A DNA stretch of 64,000 nucleotides from an uncultured Thermococci archaeon (GCA_964615185.1 CAZTOS010000003.1:1-64000), one strand, 5' to 3'; positions 41,534 through 53,571 are shown, counted from the stretch's first letter. A program made the numbers and translations. Notes: a model not told the origin generated them from the letters alone.

Positions 41534-42174
41534 TCTAAACCCCCCAAGATTTTTCTTAATTCATGAAGAGTTCTAATTTCGTAATCAGCAAAGTTATATC
41601 CTCTCTCATTACCCCTATTAATCCAGATCGCAATCATGCCAACATTTTTTGCACCATATACATCTTGCTGCAAGCTGTCACCAATCATTATTGTCTTGCT
41701 GGGTTCAACTTTAAGCTTTTCTAATGCGTAGAGAAATATTTTTGGATCGGGCTTTATTGTTTTCGCATCTTCTCTTGTAACGATTATATCAAAATAGTTA
41801 TCAAGCTTTGCTATCCTGAGCTTGAGTCTCTGATACTCTGGTCCGCTTGTAATGACTCCAAGCTTGTACCCCTCCTCTCTCAACCACTTTAGTGTTGGCT
41901 TTACATCAGGGAATACATGAATCTTGTGAGGATACGCAGTTAAAAGTTCCTCATACCTTAGATTCAAGTTAAAAAGTCTGAAAAAGAAGTTCCAATCATA
42001 CCATTCGTAGGTATCTTTCCGGTTCATTATCTCTCTAAGAAACTTGATTCTTGCCTCTTCTTTTTTAATCCCAAGCCTCCTTGAAATTTCTTCATAGACC
42101 TGAGGAAGGAAAAGCATCATTAATGGTTTTTCCGTCAAGAGTGTTTCATCTATATCAAACAGAATCGCTTCCAT
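41530..42174 (-). CDS. HAD-superfamily hydrolase (subfamily IA)
   Basis: FDIDETL, KPDP and GDSLQQD motifs. Confidence 0.9.
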   Translation of the reverse strand: MEAILFDIDETLLTEKPLMMLFLPQVYEEISRRLGIKKEEARIKFLREIMNRKDTYEWYDWNFFFRLFNLNLRYEELLTAYPHKIHVFPDVKPTLKWLREEGYKLGVITSGPEYQRLKLRIAKLDNYFDIIVTREDAKTIKPDPKIFLYALEKLKVEPSKTIMIGDSLQQDVYGAKNVGMIAIWINRGNERGYNFADYEIRTLHELRKILGGLE

Positions 42175-42937
42175 TTGACCACCTCTTGATTAAAAGTGCT
42201 AATATTTCAATCTCATTATCAAGCTCTTCGTTCATTCTAACTCCCCATATTATATCCTTTTCTCTCAGAAGATTCTGGAACTTTTCCAAAATCTCATGAG
42301 CATTTCTTAGAGAAACCTTCTTACCTACCATTATGCTGATCAGTCCTCTGTCCCATATTCCCCAGTTCCACTCAAAATTAACCTTCCTTAAAATTCGCAG
42401 TATTCCAATATTGCCCCCCTTAATCATGTTGAATAGGTCAGCATAGTCAATATTAACAAGCATTTGATTTTCAAGATAATAGTAAAGCTTCGAAAACATT
42501 ACACCAATTTGCTTACTTGCCGCATTAAACGCATCTTCCAGAGGTGCCGATGTGTATGCACTTAAAAACTCTGAAAGGGAATCGTAAAAGACAGTTTCAA
42601 AATTGCATGCCCATTCTGGCTTCTCCTCAAGGACAAGTTCCTTATAAGGGGATAATACATAAGCCAGACGAACAACTTTCTCTGGAAGACTGTCATTTAT
42701 GAGGTTTACGATATCAATATTGATCGGCTTGTCCTCAAAAATGATCCAGACTATCGTATCCTCACTTAGACTGCTAAAAAAGTTTTTAATCTGATTCACA
42801 AAAGAAAACTTCTTTTTATCAAAGAGATAATAAGAAGAGTCAAGAAATACTTTAACAGCATTTGGTACCTCAATGTTTTTTACTATTCTGATCCCACTAT
42901 TCCCAATTCCAACAAAAATATGGGTAAAGGAAATCAT
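42155..42937 (-). CDS. Divergent tubulin/FtsZ-like protein
   Basis: N-terminal VGIGNSG (T1-like) and VNIDYADL (T7-like), but no GGGTG signature. Confidence 0.55.
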   Translation of the reverse strand: MISFTHIFVGIGNSGIRIVKNIEVPNAVKVFLDSSYYLFDKKKFSFVNQIKNFFSSLSEDTIVWIIFEDKPINIDIVNLINDSLPEKVVRLAYVLSPYKELVLEEKPEWACNFETVFYDSLSEFLSAYTSAPLEDAFNAASKQIGVMFSKLYYYLENQMLVNIDYADLFNMIKGGNIGILRILRKVNFEWNWGIWDRGLISIMVGKKVSLRNAHEILEKFQNLLREKDIIWGVRMNEELDNEIEILALLIKRWSNGSDSV

Positions 42938-42945
42938 GGTAACCC

Positions 42946-44166
42946 CTATTCTAAGGTCGCATGCTTTTTCCTCATATCCTTTTCGGTCTTCTGGAATGTT
43001 GCCATTAAGAGTGCAATTATACCATCCAGAAAAACCATTGTGGAGTCCTCGAAAAGTGTCCCCATCGGAGCTGTCCATTTGTATTGAGTCAACATCTGTC
43101 TTGCTATGTAATCTGTTGGAACATCCGTTTTAGCCCTTCCCGGAATTTCAACCACAACATCAGCTAACTTACCGAGTGTTGAGTTTTTGTATGATGTTAT
43201 TGCAACAACCTTTCCTCCTTGTCTTTTTGCAATCTCTGCGGCATCAACTATTGTCTTTGTCTCCCCACTCCCACTGATTGCTATTAGCAGATCTCCTTCC
43301 TCGAAGGCTGGAGTTATAGTTTCACCAACAACATAAACATTGAAGTCAAGGTGCATTAGCCTCATGGCAAATGCCTTACCAACCAATCCACTCCTTCCTG
43401 CGCCGTAAATGAAAATTTTGTTGGCTCCAATCATTGCATCTATCATCCCTCTTACCTCTTCCAGTTTGAGTGCATCACTGACTTGATTAATATGTTCAGT
43501 GATATCATGCATTGCTTTTCTGATTGTCTGCATGTATTCACCCCAGAATAAGTCAATTATTCTCCTTGTTGTCTCCTCAGGATCTTCTGCCCTGGTTATT
43601 GCCCCACCCACAATAATTATAGTCGCACCGAGCTCAATGACTTTAGGAATAGTTTCTAAGTTTAATCCTCCTGCAACAGCAACTGGGATTTTAACCGCTT
43701 TGACAACCTTTTCTAAATCTTCAAGCGGGGTTTTTCCCTGTGCCTGTTCATCTATTCCTGTATGAACAAGAATATAGTGAACTCCCATTTTTTCAAGCTC
43801 TTTGGCTCTTTTGACTTTATCTTTAACACCTATCAGATCAACCATTACCTTTACTCCATATTTTCTCGCTACCATGAGTGCATCTTTTATTGTCTTGTCA
43901 TCAGCAACACCAAGAATAGAAACTACATCTGCTCCATGCCTCGCTGCCATCTCGACCTCTAAAGCTCCAGTGTCCATGGTCTTTAGGTCGGCAACTATCT
44001 TCCTATCTGGAAAGCGTCTCTTCATGAGCTCAACTGCTCTCATTCCCTCTTTTTTAATGAGTGGAGTTCCAACCTCAAGCCAATGAGCACCGCCACGAGC
44101 AGCTTTCTCTGCTATAGAAATAGCCTGTTCAATATCGGTCAGATCTAAAGCAACTTGTAGAATCAT
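42946..44166 (-). CDS. hxlAB: Bifunctional 3-hexulose-6-phosphate synthase / 6-phospho-3-hexuloisomerase
   Basis: LQVALD, EVGTPL and DLKTMD (HPS domain); GAGRSG and APMGTLFE (PHI SIS domain). Confidence 0.95.
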   Translation of the reverse strand: MILQVALDLTDIEQAISIAEKAARGGAHWLEVGTPLIKKEGMRAVELMKRRFPDRKIVADLKTMDTGALEVEMAARHGADVVSILGVADDKTIKDALMVARKYGVKVMVDLIGVKDKVKRAKELEKMGVHYILVHTGIDEQAQGKTPLEDLEKVVKAVKIPVAVAGGLNLETIPKVIELGATIIIVGGAITRAEDPEETTRRIIDLFWGEYMQTIRKAMHDITEHINQVSDALKLEEVRGMIDAMIGANKIFIYGAGRSGLVGKAFAMRLMHLDFNVYVVGETITPAFEEGDLLIAISGSGETKTIVDAAEIAKRQGGKVVAITSYKNSTLGKLADVVVEIPGRAKTDVPTDYIARQMLTQYKWTAPMGTLFEDSTMVFLDGIIALLMATFQKTEKDMRKKHATLE

Positions 44167-44342
44167 CTTGAACTCCTCCATCTAAAGCTTTCACCTTAAC
44201 ATCAATTGCACACTTTTTAACTTTAACTCTCAAAATTTTTGACAAGAATTTGTAAACATAATTGAGTAAGTTTAAATACATAAGTAGAGAGCACTGGACT
44301 AAGTTTAAAAGGAGTTCACTGAATTAAATTTCGGGAGTTACG

Positions 44343-45071
44343 ATGGTTACATTTATTCCGTTTGGAGAAAAGCCAAATAGAGAAGGTGTCATGTATGTTC
44401 TCAATTTTCTTCGAAAGAACAAACTTATTGAAGATTACATGATTGTTGAATCAAATACCATTGAATTACTTTCTGAGAGATTGCCAGTTGACAGGACGTA
44501 TATAATTGGAGATCATCTTGCAACTTATGGTATAGTCCAAAAGCTCAAGCCGAGAGCAGTCATAAGTATAGATGCTCACACTGACCTAATGCATGATTAT
44601 TTGGATCATGGTTCTTGGCTCGCTTATGCCCTTTCCGAGAGAATAATTGAAAAGGCTTCAATTATCGGCCCTGTTCTGATGATACCTACCACAGAAGGTA
44701 CCGAATTGTGGACAAGACGGGTTAAGATATTCCCAGCCTTACCCAGAAGTAGAAAAATAAGAGGTAAATGGAGAGCATACAAGAGCCTGAAAAATCATCC
44801 AATAGAGGAAATCATTAAGGATGTCAAAAAATATCTTGGAGAGGAAATCTATCTCACCATTGATTTGGATGTCCTCCTACCTGAGTACAAAATTGCCCGT
44901 TTTCAGCATGGTGAGCTCACATTAGAAGAGCTTCTTCATATCCTCGAAGAGATTAAAAAGAACTTCAAAATCATAGCATTTGACATAGCAGAGATTTCAG
45001 ACAGAATAACACGTTCACGTCTGGGAAAGAAAGCGTTGGTTGATGTATTCCAACTGTTGAGTGGTGAGTAA
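44343..45071 (+). CDS. Arginase/ureohydrolase family protein (divergent)
   Basis: GDH, DAHTD and TIDLDVL motifs. Confidence 0.82.
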   Translation: MVTFIPFGEKPNREGVMYVLNFLRKNKLIEDYMIVESNTIELLSERLPVDRTYIIGDHLATYGIVQKLKPRAVISIDAHTDLMHDYLDHGSWLAYALSERIIEKASIIGPVLMIPTTEGTELWTRRVKIFPALPRSRKIRGKWRAYKSLKNHPIEEIIKDVKKYLGEEIYLTIDLDVLLPEYKIARFQHGELTLEELLHILEEIKKNFKIIAFDIAEISDRITRSRLGKKALVDVFQLLSGE

Positions 45072-45073
45072 CA

Positions 45074-45394
45074 ATGGCATTAAGCGATGAGGAGATTAGA
45101 AAGATAATAACACCTCTCCTACTTTCCGGAGCAAAAATGCTCGATAAACACTGTCCTAAGTGTGGTTCTCCTCTTTTTGAATTAAATGGAAAGGTTTTCT
45201 GCCCTGTATGTGAACACAGGGAAAAACAGAAAAAGGCTGAGCTGAAAGGTATTGAGCAGATATTAATGGAGAAGCTGAAAATACTTGCAAATAACTTGCC
45301 TGATGATATTGAAAAGCTTGAAAAGCACTTAAAAGTCATGGAAAAGATAATTGACATCTTAGAAAGATACAAAAAACTGGAGGGTGAAAAATGA
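45074..45394 (+). CDS. UPF0148 / autoantigen p27-like Zn-ribbon protein
   Basis: GAKMLDKHCPKCGSPLF...CPVC. Confidence 0.85.
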   Translation: MALSDEEIRKIITPLLLSGAKMLDKHCPKCGSPLFELNGKVFCPVCEHREKQKKAELKGIEQILMEKLKILANNLPDDIEKLEKHLKVMEKIIDILERYKKLEGEK

Positions 45395-45603
45395 GGCATT
45401 TAAAAATTTTAGAGATTCTTGAAGGGAAAGAGCTAACAACTGAGGAGATATCGAAAGAAACAAAGATTTCCCTTGCAGAGGTTAGGAAGCTATTACTCAG
45501 ATTAACAGAACAGGGAAAAGTTGAGAGCTTTCAAAGAGGCGGGAAAATTTTCTGGAGAATCAAACAAAAAACTCCTGAAGAAGAGAAATTTAAATATGTA
45601 TAA
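45391..45603 (+). CDS. Small winged-HTH protein
   Basis: LTTEEIS...VRKLLLRL..QGKV pattern; ATGA overlap. Confidence 0.78.
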   Translation: MRHLKILEILEGKELTTEEISKETKISLAEVRKLLLRLTEQGKVESFQRGGKIFWRIKQKTPEEEKFKYV

Positions 45604-45615
45604 AAGAAAAATGCA

Positions 45616-46410
45616 TCAGACTTTTGTTGCCTTTTCCCAATATTCATCGAACTTTCCTCTAAAGAGGCTGACAACTCTGAAGTCCTTGATCCAAACTTGG
45701 GTCTCATAGTTAAAGTATCTGGCAGCCATGTCTTCCAATGCAAAGAACACTTCCTCATCACAGATTAGCATTGGCAGTTCAAGAGTGTCAATAACCTTAA
45801 GTTCAAACTTTCCGTTTTTGTAGTAATCCATTAGTTTTGATGCTTGAAGTCTCGGGAGTATCTGCTTGGTAACAACAATTTTAACGGTAATACCCTTTTC
45901 GATAGCTTTAATGAGGTCATCCTCAAGATTTATCGCGACATAACCATCATCTGCAAGAAGTATCTCTTTTTGAACTCCTTCGAGCATTTCTTTTGTCTTG
46001 AGTGTTGAGTTTCTGATTCCCCTGACAACCCAAACCCTTTCAACACCGTACTTTGGAATTTCTGTCTCTATCAATGGTGTCATGAGTTCAAGTAACTCCT
46101 CCTTAGCCTTCTTCTTTGCCTCAAGTTCTTCCTTAATCCTCCCCTGCCACTCTTCAATGAACTTCTCAAGGATGTTCTTTGGATGAACCGGCCTGTACTT
46201 GTTAACCTTACCTGGCTGACTGATGGCAAAGCCCTTCTTCTCCAAGCTCCTCAACACATCGTAAGTTCTTGGTGCTGGGACTTCAGAAACGCTTGCCAAC
46301 TCTGCTGGAGTAAGAACTCCAAACGCAACCAAGGCAACATATGCTCTTGCTTCGTATAAGTTCAATTCAAAATGTTCTTGTAAAAGTTCTACCATTCTAT
46401 CTTTTGCCAT
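45616..46410 (-). CDS. trmBL2: TrmB-like chromatin protein / global regulator TrmBL2
   Basis: FELNLYEARAYVAL, VPAPRTYDVLRSLEKKG and ERVWVVRG match Thermococcales TrmBL2. Confidence 0.88.
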   Translation of the reverse strand: MAKDRMVELLQEHFELNLYEARAYVALVAFGVLTPAELASVSEVPAPRTYDVLRSLEKKGFAISQPGKVNKYRPVHPKNILEKFIEEWQGRIKEELEAKKKAKEELLELMTPLIETEIPKYGVERVWVVRGIRNSTLKTKEMLEGVQKEILLADDGYVAINLEDDLIKAIEKGITVKIVVTKQILPRLQASKLMDYYKNGKFELKVIDTLELPMLICDEEVFFALEDMAARYFNYETQVWIKDFRVVSLFRGKFDEYWEKATKV

Positions 46411-46675
46411 TTTTACCACCATCATATTTCTGTCAAAATAGTATGGGAGCTTAAAGTATATAACTTTTTTCCAACTCAATTAGTTTTACGTCTTATTTAA
46501 ACCTCTGATTTGAGCATGACTCCATTTGATTTTATCCATATTGCACCGACATACAAAGCTTTTACTCAATCTTAATTTTAAATTTTTTGGTTAAGACAAC
46601 AATATTGACCAAAAAGAGCAATATATTACTAACAACAATAGTTGTAAAACAGACAAAGACAACAAAGAAGAAGGA

Positions 46676-49600
46676 TCACTTCAAAATATACTGTCTGATC
46701 TCTGCATACATATTGTTAAGTACCTCTTGATAGTCTGCCTTGTTTTCCTCTACCAAGTCCATGAGCTCTTCAAGTTGTCTTGTTCTTTCCTCACTGACAA
46801 GCTCCTTATATTTGCTTATGAGATAGTGATAAACTTTGGTTCCAAGTTCCGTTGGAACTAACTTCTTCCTTCCTTTTGTTTCAATAACATAGTGTCTATC
46901 TAACAATGTCTTGACGATTTTTGCATATGTGGAAGGTCTTCCAATTTTGCGCTCTTTCATAAGAGCAATTAAATCACCCTGGGTGTAGAGGGAAACTTTC
47001 GGTGCTCTCCATTTCTTAACCTCAACGACTTTGAGTCTCTGTCCTTTCTCAAGCTTTGGCAGCTGCCTTAATGGCGGTGCCCTTAACTTAGTCCAACCAT
47101 CAAAGATCACTTTAATATATCCTTCAATCTCAGTCTTGGCAACTTTTGCATCAATCACCGCTTTTTCATAGAGAACTTTTGCAGCTTTCATCTGTGATGC
47201 CATGAAGCGCCTGAATATCATATCATAAAGCCTGAAGTGATCTCTTGTGAGTCCCCTTGCGAGGGTAATGACACCATCTCTCAGCAGTTGCATCAATCTT
47301 CCGGTGTCAATTGGTCTTGTGGGTCTTATACACTCGTGTGCTCCCTCTTCACCCCACTTTCTTGGAGCGAAATATTCTTCTCCAATTTCTTCGCTAATGT
47401 ATTCCTTTGCAACTTCAATACCCGTGTTGCTGACGTGAGTTGAATCAGTTCTGTGATATGTACAGTTATGTGATAGCATTCCATTCGCAAAGAAGTTCTC
47501 TGTGCTTGTTGTGAAGTCATAGAGGTAGCCACTGTATTCTTCATCTGAAATCCCAGCAACCTCTACCCATGTAACATTCGACTCGACTAAACTTTTGAGA
47601 TACTCTTTTTCTGGAGATTCTTCAGCATAATCAAGGACAACTTTAAGTTTCTCTCTTGGTATACCATTGCTATTTTCCTTGAGCCAGTTCCAGATGTCAA
47701 TTTTATGTCTCCTTAGAATCTCAGCCTTAGCACCTTTTGGGAATCTAAGTTTTTTGAATATGCTCCCAACTGGGAGAATATCACCATGTCCCTCCTTTCT
47801 GAATTTTCTGTATGTTTGATATGCTTGTTCAAACTGACTTTTGCGTATCCTTAAGAAGGCTGCAATTTCTTCTCTGAATTTTTCCAGATGTCTATTGCTG
47901 ACCGTTAGAGTAGCTACGCCAGTCCTTTTATCATCTCTTATATAAACAGGTATCCCAATTGAGTACATGTAAATGCCGATTTTCTCAAGAACATCTCTTC
48001 TTTTCGATGTCAGCAGAGCTCTAAAGTTAGGGCCTCTTTTGTCATTTAAGAGGGAGAAGCAACCATCAGTATCAAAATATCCAGCAATCATGGCATTTAT
48101 CTGCTTCTTTGGAAGGGAAAATACGATTGGATGAAGCTCTCCGCTTCTTGCTCCTAAACGTTTACAGAGCTCGGCAAGCAGTGAGTTAGAGAACACTGCC
48201 TGGGATTTTGTTAGAAAAACATGTACTGGAAGGGTTTCTTCAATTATTTCCTTTACCTGCTTGAGTGGGGTTTGAGACACCGCAATTTTGCTTTCTTTTA
48301 TGCTTCCATCACCTAAAATCAAGCCAAAGAGATACCAGAACTTCTCGTCGAGCTTTATGTTAGGTATCTTCTTTGCTCCAGCACGCTGTTTGTAAAGTCC
48401 AACTACATGATTTTCTGCTGCTTTAATGTCAACTCCCCACTTAATCAGCAGTTTCAGAGGAACGGCACGATTTCTTAAATACTTATACTTCGTACTCGTC
48501 TTGATGTTCTTCTTTATGAGCGGTGCTATTATGTCGTCAAAAGCTTCATCAAACTGAATCATCACATCAGTTATGCCAAGCTCAATCAAGAGCTCAAGCA
48601 GTGTGAACTCTCTGCCTTCCTCTCCACGAATGTCATAGGAGAAGGCAACGTAATCACCGGGCATGATGTTCTTTGCGGACACCCATCCAATCCTGCCATC
48701 CCTCATTACAAATAATCCATGATCTGGAGTTGCCTTTATTTTGTAGCCATTCTTCAGTTTTATGACTCTAATCTCGTCGTTCCACTTAACCCTCCAGAGG
48801 TCAGTAACTTCAGCATTCTTTGCTTTGAATCCGTTCACTCCAGCAAGTTCCTTCACTTTGCTCTTCACAGCATCTTCAATTCTCATTATCTGACCATCTG
48901 CAAGAGTTACAAGGGTATCTGGTGTTATACACAGACCCAGCTCAAACAGGTCTTGAGCAAGCTGCATCGTGTAAGTCGCCGAGAACCCTAAAAACCTTGA
49001 GGCATCTTGGAGCATCGTATCTGTGGTATATGGTGGGAATGGATTGATTTCCTTCTCCTCGATTTGGACATCTTCAATAGTTACTTCCCCAACTTCCTCC
49101 TTGACACCTTCAAGGGTTACGCTTAAGCCGTTCTCCAAAGTTAATGCCATGAAGTCTGTCTCGCTCTCGACGAATTCCTTGTATCTCTGTATCACCCATC
49201 CAAGAACGGGTGTTTGAACTCTACCAGCTGATAAGTTTCTGCTCTCAAAGACCTCCCAGAGCTTTTGGCTGAGCTCGAATCCAATCCATCTGTCCTCTAT
49301 TCTTCTCACCAGCTGGGCATTAACTCTGAACTCATTAACGTCTCTCGCTTTATTCAAGGCTTTCAATATGGCTGGTCTTGTAACCTCGTGGAACTCAATG
49401 CGCTTGATGTTTGGAGTGTAGGGACTTAGAACATTCCTGATATCCCATGCAATCTTTTCCCCCTCGACATCTGGGTCAGTTCCTATGAGAATTTCATCAA
49501 CTTCTTGAGCTATTTCACGCATTGCAATTACATTCTCAAGAGCATTCCTAACATTCCTTGAGCCGCATCTCGGGCAGACCCCCTTCTCCTCCCAGTCAAC

Positions 49601-51793
49601 GAACTGATGACCGCAGTCCCTACAGCGCTTAATCGTGTCATAGACTGGTATGAAGTGGAACTTTCCATCTCCCTCCTCTATGAGGACGCCGTGATAACCT
49701 TCCGTTGTAACGAGGTCGAACATATGCCCACCGCTTGCTAAAATCGTCAGCATCCTGTCGCCTATGCTGACTTCATATGCCACCAAGTCGCCAATCCTTC
49801 TCTTGCTTGGCTGTCCAAAGAAGTTGGCTATTGTTCTGGCTTTGTTTGGAGATTCAACTATCATGAGGGCAGACTTAACTAAGTCCTTGGTCTTCTCACT
49901 TATCTTTCCGGCAAGAATCAGCCTGACTTTCTCCCTATCGGCATTGATCTCCTTAAGAAGCTCCTCAAGGTTAAGCTCTTCAAACGGCTTCATTTCAAAC
50001 TCAGCAAAGCGCCACCTCATCTGTCTCTTCAAACCGTTGAAGACCTTTTCGTTGTCAACTATTATTACGCTCAGTCCCTTTGTAATTCCACCAGCGAAGA
50101 GACGTGAAGTTCTTCCGCTTGCCTGGATGTAAGTCCTAACATCTGGAATCTCAATGTACCATTTTCCTTCCTCTTCTTTGAGGCTGACGAATGGGTCTTC
50201 TTCTATGCGCTTGAGCACTTCCTCCTTCTTCAGAACTCTCCTCAAGAACTCAACAGCTTGTCTAAAGACCTCCAAAACATGGCTGTGGAATCCTTCCAAA
50301 GGCAAGCCTTCCGCCAATGCCTCTTCAATCTTCATCAATTCAAACTGGGGAATGTTTCTAATCAAACGCCTTAAGCGAGCATATAATCTTTCACCTTCTC
50401 TCCTGTCTTCTTCATCAAGGAACTCCATGACTTCACTCATCAGTCCTAAAACTCTGTAAATTGTGGGTTGCTCCAAATCAAGGCTGAATCTAAATTTCGG
50501 CACACCTGTAAAGATTGCATATCTAATCAAGTGCGGCAAGTCAAGTCCTCTAACTATGGTTCCATAATAGGTCGCAACACCAACCAAATAGTCAATTTCT
50601 TCATTTTCAAATTTCTCCAAGCCTTTCTTGTTTCTTGCAGAGACAAGCTCAACCTTAAGGCCTTTCTCTTGGAGGTATTGTGTAAGCCTCTCAGCATAAC
50701 CGATTCCCTGATCAATTGGGACAAAAATTAATCCGCCTTTACCGAGCTTTGTCAAAATCTCTTCAACATGTTCCTCAATTGGCTTCTCTGGGAAGAGATA
50801 GCTGTCAACAACATTTCTCAACGCCGACCTTCCGCTTCCCACCTCGAAATCCAAAAGCTCACGGTAGAGCTTTATCCTATCCCCTCTTGCTCTTCCAGTT
50901 GCTGAAGCTACAATTAATACTCCAATCTTATTCTCACGCTTGAATTTTCTTATTTCTCTCTCAAGCTTGTTAATCTGCTTGTTGAGTTCATTGAGCTGCT
51001 CTTGCTTGTCTGGGCTGTTGCCATTGAGGAATTTTGCCATCTGCTTCTTCAACCTTATGATCTCCCAAGCCTTCTGGATTATCTCCTCTGTAAAGCCGAG
51101 CAGAATAAGGGAGCGGTCAATGTTCTTTGAGGCTTTCAAAAATGCATCAACATCATCAACAAAAATGAAGTCAAACCTCTTATCCTTGAGCATCTCATCG
51201 AAGTTTCTCGCAAGCCATTGGGCTGAAGTTATGAGAATATCAAAATCCCCGTTCATGATCTTTTCAATCATTTCCTCCTTTTCCTTCTTCTTCATGCCAC
51301 CGTGGTAATAGGCAAGGTTGATTTCAACGCCAGCTCTTTCTGCAAATGTCTTTACCCTCTTAATTGTCTGCACCACAAGCGGTGTTGTTGGTAAGACTAT
51401 ATAGCTCTTCTTTTTCTTTTTAGCATAATACAACGCCATGAATGATCCAAAAACGCTCTTACCCATACCTGTTGGGGCTATGATGGAAAAGCTCTTGTTT
51501 TTAATTAGTCTCTTTACCCAGGTTTTTTGGGCACTCCAGAAGTTGAAACCTGTGGCTTTCTCAAAGAGCTCCTCAATCTCCCTCAACCTTTTCTCAAGCT
51601 TGTAAATTTCATCCCAGTGCTTTAGTGTTCCACGTAGTTTGAGAGCTTCTCTAACGCCCGTTATTAAATCAAAGTAAATTTCAGCCTGAATTTCTTCATC
51701 AAGGCAAACATCACACGGATGCTTCTTATACAAGCGTTCATCACTAATTCTATCCTCACAATTTGGGCACATTTCTCTATAAATCGCTTTCAT
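46676..51793 (-). CDS. rgy: Reverse gyrase, intein-containing
   Basis: N-terminal Zn finger, [41 protein letters not shown] and GRPSTY motifs. Confidence 0.97.
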   Translation of the reverse strand: MKAIYREMCPNCEDRISDERLYKKHPCDVCLDEEIQAEIYFDLITGVREALKLRGTLKHWDEIYKLEKRLREIEELFEKATGFNFWSAQKTWVKRLIKNKSFSIIAPTGMGKSVFGSFMALYYAKKKKKSYIVLPTTPLVVQTIKRVKTFAERAGVEINLAYYHGGMKKKEKEEMIEKIMNGDFDILITSAQWLARNFDEMLKDKRFDFIFVDDVDAFLKASKNIDRSLILLGFTEEIIQKAWEIIRLKKQMAKFLNGNSPDKQEQLNELNKQINKLEREIRKFKRENKIGVLIVASATGRARGDRIKLYRELLDFEVGSGRSALRNVVDSYLFPEKPIEEHVEEILTKLGKGGLIFVPIDQGIGYAERLTQYLQEKGLKVELVSARNKKGLEKFENEEIDYLVGVATYYGTIVRGLDLPHLIRYAIFTGVPKFRFSLDLEQPTIYRVLGLMSEVMEFLDEEDRREGERLYARLRRLIRNIPQFELMKIEEALAEGLPLEGFHSHVLEVFRQAVEFLRRVLKKEEVLKRIEEDPFVSLKEEEGKWYIEIPDVRTYIQASGRTSRLFAGGITKGLSVIIVDNEKVFNGLKRQMRWRFAEFEMKPFEELNLEELLKEINADREKVRLILAGKISEKTKDLVKSALMIVESPNKARTIANFFGQPSKRRIGDLVAYEVSIGDRMLTILASGGHMFDLVTTEGYHGVLIEEGDGKFHFIPVYDTIKRCRDCGHQFVDWEEKGVCPRCGSRNVRNALENVIAMREIAQEVDEILIGTDPDVEGEKIAWDIRNVLSPYTPNIKRIEFHEVTRPAILKALNKARDVNEFRVNAQLVRRIEDRWIGFELSQKLWEVFESRNLSAGRVQTPVLGWVIQRYKEFVESETDFMALTLENGLSVTLEGVKEEVGEVTIEDVQIEEKEINPFPPYTTDTMLQDASRFLGFSATYTMQLAQDLFELGLCITPDTLVTLADGQIMRIEDAVKSKVKELAGVNGFKAKNAEVTDLWRVKWNDEIRVIKLKNGYKIKATPDHGLFVMRDGRIGWVSAKNIMPGDYVAFSYDIRGEEGREFTLLELLIELGITDVMIQFDEAFDDIIAPLIKKNIKTSTKYKYLRNRAVPLKLLIKWGVDIKAAENHVVGLYKQRAGAKKIPNIKLDEKFWYLFGLILGDGSIKESKIAVSQTPLKQVKEIIEETLPVHVFLTKSQAVFSNSLLAELCKRLGARSGELHPIVFSLPKKQINAMIAGYFDTDGCFSLLNDKRGPNFRALLTSKRRDVLEKIGIYMYSIGIPVYIRDDKRTGVATLTVSNRHLEKFREEIAAFLRIRKSQFEQAYQTYRKFRKEGHGDILPVGSIFKKLRFPKGAKAEILRRHKIDIWNWLKENSNGIPREKLKVVLDYAEESPEKEYLKSLVESNVTWVEVAGISDEEYSGYLYDFTTSTENFFANGMLSHNCTYHRTDSTHVSNTGIEVAKEYISEEIGEEYFAPRKWGEEGAHECIRPTRPIDTGRLMQLLRDGVITLARGLTRDHFRLYDMIFRRFMASQMKAAKVLYEKAVIDAKVAKTEIEGYIKVIFDGWTKLRAPPLRQLPKLEKGQRLKVVEVKKWRAPKVSLYTQGDLIALMKERKIGRPSTYAKIVKTLLDRHYVIETKGRKKLVPTELGTKVYHYLISKYKELVSEERTRQLEELMDLVEENKADYQEVLNNMYAEIRQYILK
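47465..48931 (-). mobile_element. Intein (489 codons) with LAGLIDADG homing endonuclease, inside reverse gyrase
   Basis: Junctions [10 protein letters not shown] and [17 protein letters not shown] block B; GLILGDG and [17 protein letters not shown] blocks. Confidence 0.95.
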
Positions 51794-51870
51794 TTTCTCA
51801 CCCTCTAATGTTCTATTTAGGTGATGCAAAGTTTATAAGGGTTTTTTAGATTCCCATTGTGGGTGAGATA

Positions 51871-52251
51871 ATGATAATTGAGAGAATTAAGCTTAAGGCT
51901 GAGCTCACCGAAGAGCAGTATGAGAAGGCAATAAAACTCATAGAAAGGCTAAAATCACGATTTCCAAGCGCTCTTGTGAAAAAGTTCAAAACACAAGAAA
52001 AGATAAGCTTTATTGATGTGGATTTAGGCGTAAGATTGAATTTTGATGTAATAATTGGAAATCGTGGTAAGCCCTTTATAGCTGTAGAGATGGAAGGAAA
52101 CAAATCAAAATATGCCTTTCAGATAATGAAATTCTTCCTTGATGAGATTAACGTTGAGTATTCCTTCGATTTTGACGGAAAAGAAATTTATGACACGTTG
52201 AAAAGAAATATCAAGGCAAAGAGCTTGCTGGACTATTTGGATACAGGGTAA
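51871..52251 (+). CDS. Hypothetical protein, possibly a degenerate PD-(D/E)xK fold
   Basis: GGTGA RBS and an FDVII...IAVEME pattern. Confidence 0.65.
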   Translation: MIIERIKLKAELTEEQYEKAIKLIERLKSRFPSALVKKFKTQEKISFIDVDLGVRLNFDVIIGNRGKPFIAVEMEGNKSKYAFQIMKFFLDEINVEYSFDFDGKEIYDTLKRNIKAKSLLDYLDTG

Positions 52252-52255
52252 AAAG

Positions 52256-53539
52256 CTACATTTCAAGTAGCCACTTCCAGAGAGGAACAAGCTTAATATC
52301 TTTCCCATTGAACTTGAGGGAGTGTTCATAATCCCATGTTATGAGGAGTAAATTACTCCAGCCAAATCTTTTGGAAGCTGAGATAAGTGCTTTGATTTCC
52401 CGTTCCATGGTTTCTGGATTACTAACATCATAACTCACTTGGATTAACAGTTCTTTTTCAGGTATTACAAAGTCAATTTCCCAGTTGCTTTCTTTTGCAT
52501 AACTTGGAGTGTATCCCCTTCTCATTAACTCCACGAAAACTGCGTTTTCCATAAGTCTTCCTATATTGTCGCTGAATTTGACACTCAAGAAAGTTAAAAA
52601 CGATGTATCAACAAAGTATATCTTTTTAGGATACTGTATTCTGAGCTTCACCTTTGGGGCATAAATCTCAACTGGAAAGGCAAAGTAGCATTCAGTAAGG
52701 TAACGGAGATAGTTTGAGAGAGTAGCCTTGCTTATTGAATAGCCCATACTCTTCATAATTTTCTCAAGCTTGCTGAGGCTGAAATACTCCGAGTTAAGAA
52801 GCAGACGGATAAATGTTCTGAGCTCTTCGGAATTTCTAACATTATATCGCTCAACCACATCAAGTGATATTATTGTATTGAAGTATTCTCTTACAAGCAT
52901 GCGCTTTATTCTCACGTCATTTACAAGAACAACCTCTGGAAATCCACCATAGAGTAGATATTCTCTCAAAAGGTTTAAAAGTTCAAATTTTTTATCACTG
53001 AATTCAATGTTCTCTGGTATGTTAAATCCCTTAAATTTCAAAAACTCCCTAAAACTGAGTGGAAAAACTTCAAATGTTAAAGCCCTTCCTCTCAAGCTCG
53101 TTGGTATTTCTTTGCTTGAAAGTTTTGAAGAAGAACCGCTTAAGAAGAGCTTGATATCTCTTCGTGAGTCATTGATTCGTCTAACCCATAAATCCCAGCG
53201 TTCTATGTTTTGAATCTCATCAAGAAAGAGATAAAAGGAGCTTTTTTTTCCAAATAGCTCCTCAATTGTCGGTATCAGCTCCGTTAATGTCTCGATTCTC
53301 TTTTCGAGTCTTTCGTCTTCAAAATTAATGTAAAATATTTCCTCCCTTGGAATTTTTTTTGAAAGCTCGTTTATCAGCTGAAACATTAAGTACGTTTTTC
53401 CCACTCTCCGGCATCCCGCAAATGTTATCACTTTGTTGATATTTTGGAGGATAAGTGATGTATCAAACTCTCTTTTTATTAGAGGAGGAGTCCAGCTCTC
53501 TTGCCATTCTATCAACACCTTGGCTATTTCGGGTCTCAT
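52256..53539 (-). CDS. AAA+ ATPase with DUF4143 / C-terminal nuclease-like domain (COG1373)
   Basis: GCRRVGKT, LDEIQ, SGSS, GGFPE, KIYFVD, ENAV and EIDF motifs. Probably a leaderless ATG at 53539. Confidence 0.9.
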   Translation of the reverse strand: MRPEIAKVLIEWQESWTPPLIKREFDTSLILQNINKVITFAGCRRVGKTYLMFQLINELSKKIPREEIFYINFEDERLEKRIETLTELIPTIEELFGKKSSFYLFLDEIQNIERWDLWVRRINDSRRDIKLFLSGSSSKLSSKEIPTSLRGRALTFEVFPLSFREFLKFKGFNIPENIEFSDKKFELLNLLREYLLYGGFPEVVLVNDVRIKRMLVREYFNTIISLDVVERYNVRNSEELRTFIRLLLNSEYFSLSKLEKIMKSMGYSISKATLSNYLRYLTECYFAFPVEIYAPKVKLRIQYPKKIYFVDTSFLTFLSVKFSDNIGRLMENAVFVELMRRGYTPSYAKESNWEIDFVIPEKELLIQVSYDVSNPETMEREIKALISASKRFGWSNLLLITWDYEHSLKFNGKDIKLVPLWKWLLEM

Positions 53540-53571
53540 GCCATAAGCTACATATTTATCCTTTATAAAGT

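Noticed and set aside
42938..43078. N-terminal extension of the FtsZ-like ORF overlapping hps-phi
   Set aside because: An artefact of longest-ORF calling; ATG 42937 follows the hps-phi stop and a GGGGT RBS.
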